64,000 nucleotides of DNA from Vicugna vicugna (lineage: Eukaryota): positions 4,754,716 through 4,818,715 of the forward strand of contig MU058337.1 in the NCBI GenBank assembly GCA_013265495.1, given 5' to 3'. Shown in pieces: positions 25,276 to 38,289 of the stretch; position 1 is the first letter of the stretch; each line of letters opens with the position of its first letter. Below the pieces are notes generated by a model. The model had not been told where the DNA came from and did not search any database. It saw only the letters and a list, made by a program, of their open reading frames with translations. A program made the position numbers and the translations under genes.

Positions 25276-25439
25276 TTGAAAATATTTATTTGAGAAGAAA
25301 TTTTAATAATCTTTCTAAAACCAAAAGTTTCACTTTCCTACCAGAGCAAATTCAATCTAGGGGCTATAACTAAATCTGTCTATTATGATCAAATTGCTTT
25401 TAAAAAGCTATGTTTTGATTTTCAGCAGTGTAAAAATGC

Positions 25440-25800
25440 TACCAAATAATCATGGTCCAAAAGGACTGAAAAATGTCCATTAAATTTAACAGTAAGGTGA
25501 TAATTGGAAATCTTGGAGGTAGGTCTCTTAAAGGGTACAGTGAGATTTCCCCAGTGAACATATGGAAAGATTCACCATATACAGTGAGATGCTCCTGATA
25601 TCATATCTGTAAAAGAGGAAAGAATGAATGTAGGCAAACGAGATTTAGAGCTTGCTGTCAGGAAGCTGTAAGATGAAAGGTTAAGGGATCAGCTGAAAAT
25701 CTGAGTGAGGGTTGGGGTGGGGACAGATGTGGTAAGAGTTTTAAGAGAATGAAGGAAGTTTGAAGAGCTATAAATAGATAACAAGAAAGAATGGCAACTA
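25440..25800 (-). mobile_element. LINE-2 fragment (old)
   Basis: aggactgaaaaatgtccattaaatttaacagtaagg resembles reverse L2; purine-rich. Confidence 0.45.
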
Positions 25801-26899
25801 AGATCGGATATCCTCCTACCAACATGTGGACTGAGTATAAAAATAACAGCCTGATACACTACTAGGAAACTAGAATATTCCAAAATACTCAGAAGTCATC
25901 AGTGTGTTGGATGACATTTTGCTTGGGTGAGCTTGTGAATAAATTAAGTTGCTTTTTAATCTGTTGCTTTTAAATGCAAAAAACATCCCAGGAGAATGAA
26001 ACTCATGACTGTAATACAGGCTGTGGATTTGTTGCAATTACAAACAATATTTCAGTCATTAATGGCTTCTTATTTTGCCTTGGTCAATTTACATTTGATT
26101 GCTTTCAATTGAAATATAATTTTTAAATGCCAAAATAAGATTCCCTTGGCAGAAAACAGTTCTTAGACCCCCCTAAAACAGCTGTACTGATAGTTTTGTT
26201 CATGTGAGATGTCGAGACTTTAATGTTGAGTTGCCTTGAAGCCCAAAGAGACAGATTTTGATTAGCATTTGATGATATTCACATTCTGTTAGCTGTGCTC
26301 TGAAACTAACTTTAAAGCAAAAGTGGTTCCATTACATTCTCATTCTAAATTCAAAGAGATCCTCTCCAGTCTTCTAATAGGAGTATTGGGGTATGTCTGT
26401 ACAATGTACACATTTAAGAATATTTTCAGAGCAAAATATAAGGGTGTATAAATTAATATAAGCAAACATTTCTACCTCAATACTCAATAGTCTATAACAT
26501 ATAATTTTCAGCAACAAAATATGATTACAAATGAAAACTAAAAAATTGCCTTGGGAAATAAGGATTAAAATTTTAATCCGAGGATTAAAGTTTTCTTCTG
26601 GACTGAATTAGCATTACAATTTCTTGTAGTAAACAATGAATTAAAATAGGACCCTAAAAATGTCTTTTTTGGTGGTTAGTGGTAAATAGCATTTTTTGAT
26701 AAATAGAGAAACTGAATTTTTTAGTTATTCGTATCTTCCTGGGATGGATGGGGTGAGAATGGTGACAATATGGTCCCTTGGGCAAAAGGAGATTTTTGCC
26801 AACACCAGTATTTTGAGTCGTCCCTTGCTCAGATTTTCCATCGGTAGGCAATGCACTACATACAGTATTGTCCCTGGTCAGTGAAAAGTATGCTTTTCC

Positions 26900-27170
26900 T
26901 TTGTGAAGTGGGGGAGGCCCATTTGTGGGAGGGGGCGGCGGGCAAGCAGATTAGAGCGCGCATGAGACCGCCAATGCATTTGCTGTGTGCTGTCTGAGGC
27001 AGAAGAATCTTAGAAAAGAGTTTCTGTGAGGCTGTGGGTTTGCAGTCTGATTCCCTTAACCCACCATTGCCTGAGTACCCCGGAAAGTTTGCGTATGCCC
27101 TGGGGTACACATTCCCTGATTTAAAGATCACTCCTCTGTGGTACGCGAGCCACAAGGCAGCGCCATGTTG
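26900..27170 (+). promoter_or_regulatory. Candidate promoter/enhancer
   Basis: GC box gggggcggcg (26931), gcgcgcatg (26956), CCAAT (26971) and YY1-type cgccatgttg (27161), with locally retained CpGs in unique sequence. Confidence 0.4.
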
Positions 27171-27266
27171 TGCTGGCAAATCTCTTACCGGTTTTGGACT
27201 ATTTACCAATTTTTCAAAAAGGCTCATTTCAGCCAGGGTTCTGGAAGGAGTCTTTGTGGGAAGTGG
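27165..27266 (+). other. Candidate alternative first coding exon (34 aa, MLCWQISYRFWTIYQFFKKAHFSQGSGRSLCGKW); product unknown
   Basis: Kozak-like gcagcgccATG, open for 102 nt up to the donor TGG|gtgagg. Peptide not recognised. Confidence 0.2.
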
Positions 27267-27899
27267 GTGAGGCAGAAGATCATCTGGGAACTCACACCTG
27301 TATTACTTCCAAAATCATTTTCTCTTCTGGTGAAAGTACTGTCCAGTAGGACCGATTGTGTCCACTTCTTCCCCCCATTCTGCTGGATCCCAGCTTCTGA
27401 ATCCCTCAGGCAGGCAGAGCTCTCTCTGACAGATCTGTCTCTTGTAAAACTACACTGTACTGACATGTTTAAGTCATAATCATCAGAATCACGACCTCAC
27501 AGCTGAGCCATACATTTGGGGCTCTCACTATACTAGATTTCTAGTTTCTTTGCTGTTTTCTCAAGTTTAATTCAGTTGCTAAGTGTTGCTGCTTTCCATG
27601 TCTAGCCCGTCTCTCCCCCTGCATTTTATAGTTAAGTGCATTTGCAATTTTCCATGGCACCTCTCTTCTTGATGAATCACCTCCTGCCGGGATTTTGTTT
27701 GGCTATGCTCAAATCTGCTTTATGGTGAGTTGAAGAAATGGCTTCTCCAGAAAGGCAGCCTGAAGATTTGACTCAGGCAAGGCACCAGGAGGTCTGTAAA
27801 GGTATCCTTTGGGCTTGGAGATGCCCAATGAAACAAAGTTGGGTGGCAGGGAAGTTGAGTGTGGAGGGAGAGGGCCAGGCATGGCGCTGACTGTGTGAC

Positions 27900-27990
27900 A
27901 TCACGTGGAAGTTTACTAAAAGCACTAATGCCTGAGTCTCATCCCAGCTAATTTGAATCTTTGTGAGTGGGGCCTCATGTCTGTCCTTTT
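27900..27990 (+). mobile_element. MER5 (hAT-Charlie) left part
   Basis: tcacgtggaagtttactaaaagcactaatgcctgagtctcatcccag...gtggggcct. Confidence 0.6.
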
Positions 27991-28975
27991 TTCTGGCTTA
28001 TTATGATGAAAAATTCCAAACATAAAGCAAAGTTTACAGACTGGAAAATAAGCATCTTTATTCACTATTCAGCTTCAATAATTGTTCACATTTTGCTATA
28101 TTTGGGTGAGTCCATGCATGCATGAGAACTCATCTGTGTGTGCACACGCACATTAAACATGTAACATTTATCATTTATAAATCTATACACCTATCAATAT
28201 ATAAACTTACCAATATGTAAATATTAATATATAAATACCTGATATATATAGATCTATATAGAAGATACATATCTTTAGGTAGTGCAGTCATAGATCATTA
28301 GTCTTCCTAATGTATTTACTGTCGTCCAGTACTCTGTCTACGCGCGGATTTTTCTGCCTTGTTTGCCCTAGCTATTTTTAATCCAGGATCCAATCAATGT
28401 TCATGCATTGCATTTGGTTATTGTGTCTCCCAAGCTAGAACAGTCTCTCTAACTCCTCCCCACCGCCTGTATTGTCTGTGTCAAAGAACCCTCCAGTCTT
28501 CTTGGACACACATTCAAGACTGATCTGAGTGCTTTCTTACAGTGTTAGCTAGTTTGTTTCTCTATCCTTTCTTTCTCTATAACCAGGAAGTTAAGTCCAA
28601 TGCTTGATTAGATCCAGATTATAGATTCAGATTTTTGTCAAGGATTCCTCGTTGATGGTGCTGTGGACTTCATATTTCAGCCCACCAGAGGCCCATCAGG
28701 TCACCACTATTGATGCTTACGGTGATGATTGTCAGGTCTTCCTTTAATATTGATCTCTGTATCCAGTCATGATCTTTGCCGGAATCAAATGTTTCATTGA
28801 TTTCATTTAAGGTTGTAGAATTTGAGTTCTAATTCTGTGATTCTTCTACATCCATTAGCTGAGAATGAGCTACACTTACTCCAAAAAAAGCCGGGGTAAA
28901 GGTTTAATTATCTTCCTTTGACTGCCAGTGTTCAGAGAAAGGATGTGTAACAATTGTATCTTGTGGTTGTAAATG
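27990..28975 (-). mobile_element. Old LINE-1 3' region (L1MC-like)
   Basis: gatgaaaaattccaaacata, cagcttcaataattgttcacattttgc and atccaggatccaatcaatgttcatgcattgcatttggtta are L1MC-type 3'UTR blocks. Confidence 0.75.
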
Positions 28976-28984
28976 AGTTGATCC

Positions 28985-29050
28985 ATCTGGGGATGGATCT
29001 GGATGTGTGTATTTTGAAAAGCTCCACAGGTGACTCTGACTCAAAGCTCT
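28985..29050 (+). mobile_element. MER5 (hAT-Charlie) right part
   Basis: tgtattttgaaaagctccacaggtgactctgac matches the MER5 3' portion. Confidence 0.6.
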
Positions 29051-29689
29051 ACGTAGATGCAGTGTAGACAAGTGATACAGCCACAGGTGAATTGTAATTA
29101 TGATAATCTGGGAGCTGCTATGTTAGGCAGTAAATGATCTCCAGGGATCTTTGTGATCTGAGGAGGGGTTCCTATTCTTCTGTGCCCCTCCCAGGACAAA
29201 GCTGGGTTTGCCACTGCCCCATCCGGAAGGATGTGCACGTGCCACAGAAGGCAGCTTAGGGGGTAGAGAAGGGGATGAAGAGAAGCCCTGGTCTAGAGCC
29301 CTAATGAACACAGTCCCCAGACCAAACAGAAAGGTCTTCTCTCAGACCAATTCTGATCTTTTCCATTGTTACACCAGCAAATCCAATTTTTACAACGCAT
29401 CATCCAGCCCTCAGGGGAGAGGCAAGGCTTGTTACTGTAACTTAGATTCTTGCCATAAGTAAATAAAAAATATTTATCTTTTGATCTATTCATGCTGCTA
29501 ATTGAATTTGCAGGTGAAAGTAAATCAAAATAATTTTATGCCATAAAATGTCATCTCCTGATCTAAACAGATGTCAGTAAGGGTGTAGCTAAACGCCTGA
29601 TCTTTCTGTAGAATTGTGAGCTACTTTTGTAATATTGCAAGAACTGTGTCTTACAGTCATTGTATCTCCAATGTCTGAAATACTGGACT

Positions 29690-29900
29690 TGAACTTGGAA
29701 AACGTCAGTGAGAGGACCATGACAAAATTGTTCAAGCTCGATAAATCTGTTTTCTCATCTGTAAGTGAGGAATATGTTATACTTACCCTGTAGGTTATTA
29801 TGAGGATCAGAAATGAAGGTGTAAAGTGCAGAAACTATAAAGTACTACATGGGTTGTCCAATAAAATAATTTAGCAGATTAATTATTATTACTATTATTA
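29690..29900 (+). mobile_element. MIR SINE
   Basis: ctgttttctcatctgtaagtgagg...taggttattatgaggat. Confidence 0.7.
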
Positions 29901-30309
29901 CTGTAGTTGTTGTTAAGGAGGCTTTTAAAAAAACCTGGAACCATTATTGTTTATTCACATCATCCCCCAAGATAATTTGAGGAACTTCTTTATTTATTCC
30001 ATGAGCTAAGAGCAGAGTAGACTTTCAGGAAATGTTGATTGAATGAATGAATGAGTGAATGTTTATTTGAAGGTCTGAATTTTGAAATAGAGTAAATATT
30101 CTCTTCAAATGGTATAATCTTCTGAGAAAGGGTCAGTACAAAACTTGCAGGTGACGTGTGGGAATTCCACTTGTGAGGTGTGACTCGAGGTAGTCTCCAA
30201 GCTTTTAACACTGAGCTGGTTGGACAGCCCCCTGGGCTAGTGGGTGGTGGGGGTGAAAAGAGGGGACCCACAGTTCCTCGCCGCTGCCCCACCGAGGACA
30301 GTCACGTGT

Positions 30310-30540
30310 ACCAGTCTGGGCTTGTGAGCCTGACAGCTTGGCTTAAAACCTGGCCTCTCCACCTACTGTCTGGGTCAGTCACTGTGAGTAGCCCTCTGTG
30401 CCTCGGTTTCCTCTTCTCTAACAAGGAGATAATAGTAGCAATGCCTTCCTGAGGGCCATGAGGGATTAAATGAGATAAGAAGCATAAAGTACTAGAGCAA
30501 AACCAATTCACAGTAGGAGCTCAACAAAGAGTAGTGATTA
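30310..30540 (+). mobile_element. MIR SINE
   Basis: ctctgtgcctcggtttcctcttctctaacaaggagataata...ggattaaatgagataa...agtaggagctcaacaaa. Confidence 0.85.
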
Positions 30541-30789
30541 CTTTGACAAGTTGGATTTGCCATGTGTTAGATTTTATTTGTGTGATGGAGCTAAACGTAT
30601 AGCCTAAATTACAGAACTGAGGATAACATGAGAATTAAACAGAGAAAATACAAACAATTTTTTAAAGTATAGGGACTATTGCTAAAGAAAGTTTTAGTTC
30701 TTGCATGACATATGAGATAATAAGATGTAAAGTTCATAAGAGTCAAGTCAGGCTGTGATCATGTCCCTAAGAGGAGGGAGGGGGACTCA

Positions 30790-30990
30790 CCTTTATCCTG
30801 TGCCAGGTATGTTACATACATGCAACTCTCATTTAATGCCCAGGGTAACCTACGAAGTAGGAAATCACCATCCCCAAGTTAGGTACGGGCAAGGAAAGGT
30901 TCGGAGAGGTTGAACATCTTTTTCAAGAGCACAGTGTTAGTAAATGACAATTTTCGAAACTTTGAAGATTGTACTGCTTTTCCTATACCA
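30790..30990 (-). mobile_element. MIR SINE
   Basis: tgtgccagg...tctcatttaatgccc...aaggttcggagaggttgaaca. Confidence 0.7.
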
Positions 30991-32704
30991 CATTTATCCT
31001 AGTTTGAAAAATGGACGATCTAAAATCATTTGTATTTTACTTGAAAACTTTTTTCATAAATCCAAATGTAAATTCCTGAAATGTGCTGTCTTCTTTCTGA
31101 ACTGTCTCTGTTCAGCTCGGGGAGATCAGTATTTGGAGAAAATTCTCAGCCATTTGGGGAAACAGAGAGAGAATATTTACTATCAGTATCTTGAAAAACC
31201 ATCAACACACTGAATACGGCCAAGGTTCTTACAATTGAACAGACACATTTTTTTCAAAATGATTCTGTACTTTATATATGTACAGGATTTTTGAATATAG
31301 TGTATTTACAGCAATAATTATGTGGGTTAACTGCACCTAGAATTCTTCAGCCTCCCAGGCACAAATTGTGGAAACAATTATACCTCTGCTTTGGTTCAGT
31401 TTATAATAACGATCTGGAAGAAAGATGTTACTCATCTGTTTGATACTAAACTGGATGGAAGAGGGGTAGGAACTGATTACCCGTCTTAAAGACAAGAGCA
31501 GAAATTAACATGCTGTTAGTAGACCAAGGCAGGGAAACAGTTACTGCTGTACAAAGAAGAATTTCTGCTAGAAAATTTGGAGTTACAGTAAGATATTCAG
31601 TGGTTACTTGCTGACTACAAGCCATTAAGGCTTCAGAGAGCAAAAATTTGAGGAGAAAGGACTTTTGTTAGAAAAATAATCCAATTTGCAATAAAGATTT
31701 TCAAAGAAATCTGCTGTCATATTTTAAAACTCTTCGCCAGACATGAAACGATGCTTCTTCAACGAAGTTACTGAAGTCCCTCAATTGGTTGTGCAGCTTG
31801 AAGTCAAGCAAAAGTTCTACTCTGGGGGATCTGCCTCCACCCTTCCCCCCAACATTTGTTTGAGCCTGAAACACCTCATAAAGGTTCCTTATTTGCATAA
31901 AATTATGTGGGGCTTTCTCTCAAATTTCAGCCTTACTCAATGTACGAACTTTTAGAGTACACCAAAGTAGGATAGATTTGTGTTTTAATACGTTTAATGC
32001 GGATACATTTAGAATTAGTTTTCAATTTTATAAAAATCCTCGTTATACCATAACAAGTATCTAAAATGACGAAGAATGAAGAACTTATATACATCATTTA
32101 TATAATATTCTAATACAGTATATTCCCACCAGAGAGTTTATCACTTATCTTAAGAACTGTAGAAGCATCCCTAAGATTGGACCCAAGTTTATACTACAGT
32201 TAAGTACTTTATCTGTTTAATGCATTATCATTTCAAGAGTTTTGGTATATGTAGAGTTAACATTTTGGTGAGGGCATCCCAACTACTATACTTAGTTAGC
32301 TACTGAATAACCTTCCCCAATTTTGGAATTTATTTAAACCACCTCCCTCTCCACTTTCCACTGAGGATACGTTCTTTCACTTCATTCCTCCCAAATCCAT
32401 GATCATCACTCATTGCATTTTCTCCATCAAACCCTTTGCTGACTAAATTCATCTCATGCTAATTACACATTCCTACTACTTAACACATAAAGCCCTAAGC
32501 ATTTTGGATTTGGTGATATATTTCTTTGACTAGTTCATTTTAACTTGTGGTTATTTTTGTGTACTATATTGACTGGCTATAAGATCCTGGAGAATTTTTG
32601 TTTCTTGTTCTTCTTTTGCTTTAATTATATTTTGTTGGGCCAGTGAAATCCTCTATACATGATACAGTTTGGTATATAGTAAGCATTCAGTAATTGCTAC
32701 TATT

Positions 32705-33050
32705 TTATTATTCAGTAAGAGCATGTTTTACATCTGACTCTGCCAGGGCTCTGTGCTAAGTTTTGAGGATACAAGGGGCACAAGGCGCAGCTCCCGCCGT
32801 GATGGACGCGAATCAGCAGAGGAGAAGATGAGGAACGTCCGACCCAGCTCCGCCAGTGGGCGTGTGTGCCCAGTTCCACGCACATGCCAGGGCGTGGTAG
32901 CGCCTGAGGGCTGTGGAGAAAGCAGCGATTGTGGGAGAGTAAGAAGGTCGTGAAAGGCCTTATTAAAGGTGGGGGCTCGATGAGGGACGTGAAGCAAGGG
33001 TAGGTGGGACTTAGGAGTGAAGCGGAGAAGGAATGTGTGGCAGGCGGCTG
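32705..33050 (-). mobile_element. LINE-2 3' fragment
   Basis: attcagtaagagcatg...ctctgccagggctctgtgctaagttttgaggatacaa is the reverse L2 tail. Confidence 0.65.
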
Positions 33051-33444
33051 TCTGTAAGAGGAATCTGTAAACCGATCATTTGTGCATTTTTCAAACCTTC
33101 TGTGTCAGAGTAAAGATTCTAAATTTTTTCTTGAGGCAAACAGAAACTTTGTCAGTTTATAATGACGCGTTGGGGTAGGGTATCAGGCAATGGTATTTCA
33201 GGAAAGGTGAATTATTATTTTAATGCAGGAAGAAATGGGGTGGGAGAGGGAAGGCAAAAAAGGGCAGCTGTTGAAGCAACCCGAATCCGGGGTGAAGAGG
33301 AAGCAGACTGGCAGTGGAGGGAAGACAGAGACAAGCACGGAGCTCTCCCCCGGAAGGCTGCGGGGACTGGGGGACACAGGTGGCAACTGTCAATCACGGT
33401 GACACGTCTCAAAGGCAGACATGGAGAAGTCAGTGAATGTCTGG

Positions 33445-33664
33445 GTCCGAAATTGGTAAACGTGTTCTGTAAATGCCACATGGTGAATATTTTCAGCGTA
33501 AGGGCCATATGGTTCAAATGGAACTACTCAACTCTGCTGTCGTAGCATAAAGCATCCACAGATAATACCTAATGGAGACAGGATGGCTGTGTTCCAATGA
33601 AACATTCTTTACAAAAGCGGGCTGTGGTCATATTTGGCCTGTGGGCTGTGGTTGCCAACCCCTG
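33445..33664 (+). mobile_element. MER58A-like hAT-Charlie MITE
   Basis: ttctgtaaatgcca..gtgaatatttt, aactactcaactctgctgtcgtagc, ggctgtgttccaatgaaac and the end ttgccaacccctg. Confidence 0.9.
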
Positions 33665-34249
33665 AAGATATTGTAAATGTGTTCCTCATTGTAAGTGTAG
33701 CCGTGCATCATTTTTGTAGTGGTTGGGGGTTTATTATAACTAGATTAATTAGGCTGTTATCATTGGATTAATTATTCCAAATGTTTTGAGGAAGAGAAAC
33801 CTCCAATGGCAAACACCATGCACAACTTTATGTAAACATAACTTTCTACCAAAAATGCCTTATCAAACTCACTTTTTATAACAAATATCATCACTTTAAG
33901 AACATAAGACAAGAGTCCTTTGGAGCTATTACAAATTAATACTAATAGGAAACGCCTTTGCCTCTCTTAATAAATGGATTTCAGAGAAAACTTCAACTTT
34001 ATGATGGTAGAATGCAAAATTACCAAAAATTGAAGTTAAAAGATTATGGATTCCAGCATTTAAATCTTTATTTATCTTTCTGTTGCACTAATTAGCAATG
34101 CAGTGCCTTACATTTTTAGGAGAATATTTATCAAGCATTCTTAAAGTTCTTGCTTAAAAAATTTACCAAAAAGTCTTATGATTTAAACTTTAATTATAAT
34201 TGACTCTGAATGAAAGCTATTTGGAGTTACACAATGGCTAATCTTCTAG

Positions 34250-34415
34250 AGACTGACATTTTTGCGAATATGATGAAAGAACTTCTCCCTAGGAAAAAAT
34301 GTGCACTTACATGAACACGTGTGACTTTACATACATGCATATTCATACATGTGTCCATACAGACAGTTTCTGATGATTCACAGCCATCCATGGAGTCAGG
34401 CTGAAAAGCCTCTAT
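34250..34415. mobile_element. hAT-Charlie-type MITE fragment (MER103-like)
   Basis: gaatatgatgaaag..ctccctaggaaaaaatgtgcac...ccatccatggagtcaggctgaaaagcc. Confidence 0.5.
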
Positions 34416-35569
34416 TTTAACTTTTTTCCCCTGTCAGTGATTTCAAAGATATGTTGTACTGAAAGGTCTTTGACATTGTACATAAAGTGAAACAATATTG
34501 TGTTAGATTGAAAAACCTTATTGTGTTATGTGTTCTAGGTCAGACAAGTATTGCTGAAAGTCAACGAGGAGCTTTTCTTTAAAACCCTCTGGTCCCATTG
34601 TTTCTTGATATACCACCAGGCACATCATAGTAAAAATGAAATCATCCCTCTAAGAATGGAAGACTTCACATCTGTAAACAAGGGCTATGCAATTGAATGT
34701 GAAATTTATGTGTATAAACTTACACACACCCCCCCCACTATTCACCTATACATTTTCATGTGTATGTACATACAGGTTTAAATCTATACCTAATCATGGG
34801 TGAGATTAAAACACAGAACCTGTCTTCAGGGGCTAAATAATCTTTATGAAGAGCTGACAAAATGTCTTGGAGATATCCAACTTGATCCCAGTTTTGGCTT
34901 TTTGAACACAAATCTCCTCTTAGCAAATATTTCCAATCCAGCAAATATTTCTAATCCTTTTCTTGTTTGGCCACTGTCTACTACCATTTGTTTCTGTGTC
35001 TCCCAGATATGGTGTTAGAAGTACAAATTTGTGTAAGACACAGTTTACATATACAAACCACTGAGAAGTAAACAGATGATAACTAAAATAAGGGGCTAAC
35101 CACATCTCCTGTTGGATAAGTAGGAAATTTTGGATGGTTCATAAAGAAGAAAGTTACACATGTAACGCATATTTATGGCATGGAAAGAAAATGAGGAAAA
35201 TTGTACTGATTTTCCCCAAAATGGATGCAAAAGATGAAAGTTCAAAATCTTTCTAGAACACAAACATATGTTTGATCATTTTCAAAGATGAAAAACATCA
35301 TGTAAACTATGTAATTCACATTTAATGAATTCATATTTAATGAATATTTAATGAATTACTGTTTAATGTAATTCAATTTAATGTCATTATTTAGTCTAAA
35401 TAATTTATAAATGTCCTGAATAAATGCTATAAAAATATGTTTATATACTCTATTAACATCATTAACAATATTTTATATGAACTGAATTCCCAAATGAAAT
35501 TAGTTGTCTTTTTGATAACACACAAGGGAACTCTAGTTCTAAGAAAGGCAAAAATTCCCCCTTTGCTCC

Positions 35570-35862
35570 AGCATGCCTGTGATGCAGCTAAACCTTAAGA
35601 TTGTTTCCTGAATGTGTTCTATAATTTTTCCTGCATATGTGCCTTTATTTATGAAGTTCCATCTTCCTGGAATGCCATCTTTTCTTCTACCTCTGAAATT
35701 AAACCCCATCTTCAAAGCAAGGTTAAATGCCAGCTGCTTCATTAAGACATTACTGCTTCTGTCTCTTGCACCAGCTATACATAACAGCTCTATACCTCTC
35801 TATGCATTAAACCATATGAGTGCTGGAAGTGTCCAGGGCATAGTAAGTGCTCAATAAATACA
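35570..35862 (+). mobile_element. LINE-2 fragment with 3' tail
   Basis: cttcctggaatgccatct...ccatcttcaaagc...catagtaagtgctcaataaata. Confidence 0.65.
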
Positions 35863-38289
35863 GCCCTTTCTTTATCTTTACTCTCTTCCTCAGCGGCCAG
35901 TTACCTTGTTTTCCTCATCTTTGAATACCCGATAGTGCTCAGAATGTGTATTGAATTTAGTTGAATTTGACTCACTATAAAAAGTGTCAAGATGCAACTG
36001 GGCAGATCAAACCAAAAAAGATTGCCAAGTTTGCCGGTATCTTTCCTTAGAGTTCAAGCCTGCCACCTCAAGATTTTTTTTTAATCAGTTCTGACCTGAG
36101 ATTTAAATATTGTGCTGCTCATTTAAATTCCATGGCAACTTGCTAACAGTACTGTGGAACCAGATTTGAAACGATCGGTTTGCCAAAGTTTTGTACCCAC
36201 CTCTGTTTCAGGCTCATTTTTATGGGAGTTGTCCCTAAACTATATCTCTTATAAAATGTGAGTACTCATCAAATTGAAGTTCAGAAGTGGGTAAAACCTG
36301 CTGAAGTTCCAAAACAATGTGTTACAAGGTGTGTTAGAGTCTCATCAAGAGAGAAAATCAACAGGGCGTTAATGAGTGTTGCTTACATTCTGAAACAGCC
36401 CACACCGTCGATGAATTTCTTAAAATGGTTCTATGAGCTTTTCAGGTTATCCTCAGCACAGCTGTGGGCCACCTCATTCATTTTCCTCACTCACAGCTAG
36501 CGTTTAATGGAATATGATTTTAGCATAAATAAAGAGGAAATGAATATGGGGTTAACTATTAACTAAAAGTCATAATGCATTTCCCCTTTGTACTCAAAAA
36601 AAGCATTTAAGCATGCATCCCTTATACCAGCCCTGTTGGAAATGTTGGAAGCTATTACAGACATAAATAGAAAAGTCTGCAATGCAACTGTTTACCTTGT
36701 GATCATGTTCTTTAGGAGTAAAGCTTCTTCGGTTATTAAGAGTGATTTATCTTTAGAGCCTTTATATTCTTAGCAGTAATGCAAATTGGTTTGTGTATCT
36801 TGGCATACATCACTGTGTACTACTTCGGCTTACTGAACGTAAAAATATTCAAACTAAATATTTTATAATAAAGGAAGCTATATTTTGCTTAAAACATTTT
36901 TTTGAAGCTCAACCATTTTTGAGCTGCTTCTCTATAGTAATCCTGTGATCCAATGTAAAATCTGTTGATCTGCTTGAATATAAAATGCTATTTGACAGAG
37001 ACACTTTAATCAGTGTTTCTACTACAGTCAAGAATCTGTCTCCATCTTCAATGAATGTTCATTGAATATGCAAAATACTGATTCTAATATGCAGCAATAT
37101 ATGTTGGCATTTAAAATTATTAATAGATGGTGACATTGGCCATTTAAAATTAAATGCTTTCTGTATTGAATCCAATATCTGTGATGTTCTGACTACCTAA
37201 CTCATCTGGTTGAGTGCACTGAAATACTATGAAAATTGAGTTTATGAAATGACAGGTAGTTCCCATTTAATTTCTTCCACTTAAAAAACTACTGGTTCTG
37301 GATGATTGAATGTATTGCAAGAACCAGAGTGTCAGCCAAACCCTGTTGGAAAAACCAAATAAAAGAAACAGGACTCATGCCCCAGTTAGCTATATTTAAC
37401 ATTGTAATATTTCATGCTTTGGGAAATCTACTCTCCAATAATGCAGAAAAACTCTCCATCAAAGCTAGTGATTATCAGTGATGAAAGTGCTCGGAGATGT
37501 TTTAGAATTTCGAGCAATTAGGGATTCAAAAACATTTACAGTCAAACTAGATTTTTTTTTCCACCACTTTGTCAAATATTGGAAAGCACAAAGTTGGAAT
37601 AAAATAGGTCAGTGGTTCCTCATGAAAAAAATTTAATTGGCTCCAATAGAGGTCAACCATGGTCAATTCAATGATCAGGGGAAAATACCTAATTATTCCT
37701 CTAGACCTACTTAACACAAGCAGCAATTTTCTTCTTTCTCTTGGATAAAAAAAAAAAAACAAAGACTTTGCCTGAAACAATGGAAAAATACTTCACGTTC
37801 AGTCAAAATGTGGAATTCTAACCTCCAGCCGCAGATCGTTAACACACTGCCTTTCATAATGTTTACTGACATTATGAAGCGAGCCAACTAGTCTCATTTT
37901 TCTAAGTTCTTTAGCAAATGTCCTCTCCATCAAAATAGCATGGCAATTGTTTGGTGGAGCAGAGCCTCCTTACATTAGAAAATTGACACTTTCTTTGCGT
38001 GAGTTGTGTCTTGCTCTACACCCTGCGCTTAGGTTTTGGATACAATCCTTGCTGTAACCTAATTTGAATTCTGGAAATGTGTTTTATTTTTGATTTAATC
38101 CCTAAATGTCCCTTCATGTTTGTAAATAGGGCACTGTTGCAGGGCTTCTGACTTCAGGGACAGAAGAAGGCTCTCAGGCTGGCGGCTGCTGAAATTTCAC
38201 CCTTTCTCTTAAGGTTTTTAACGTTGCTAGAATGCAGATGCCTTTGGGAAAGAGAGCTCTTAAATTACCTATCTCCTCAAACCAGGGAT

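Noticed and set aside
28682..28693. CTCF-like CCACCAGAGGCC (similar weak hits near 39945 and 60130)
   Set aside because: Core positions are mismatched, and this hit lies inside an old L1.
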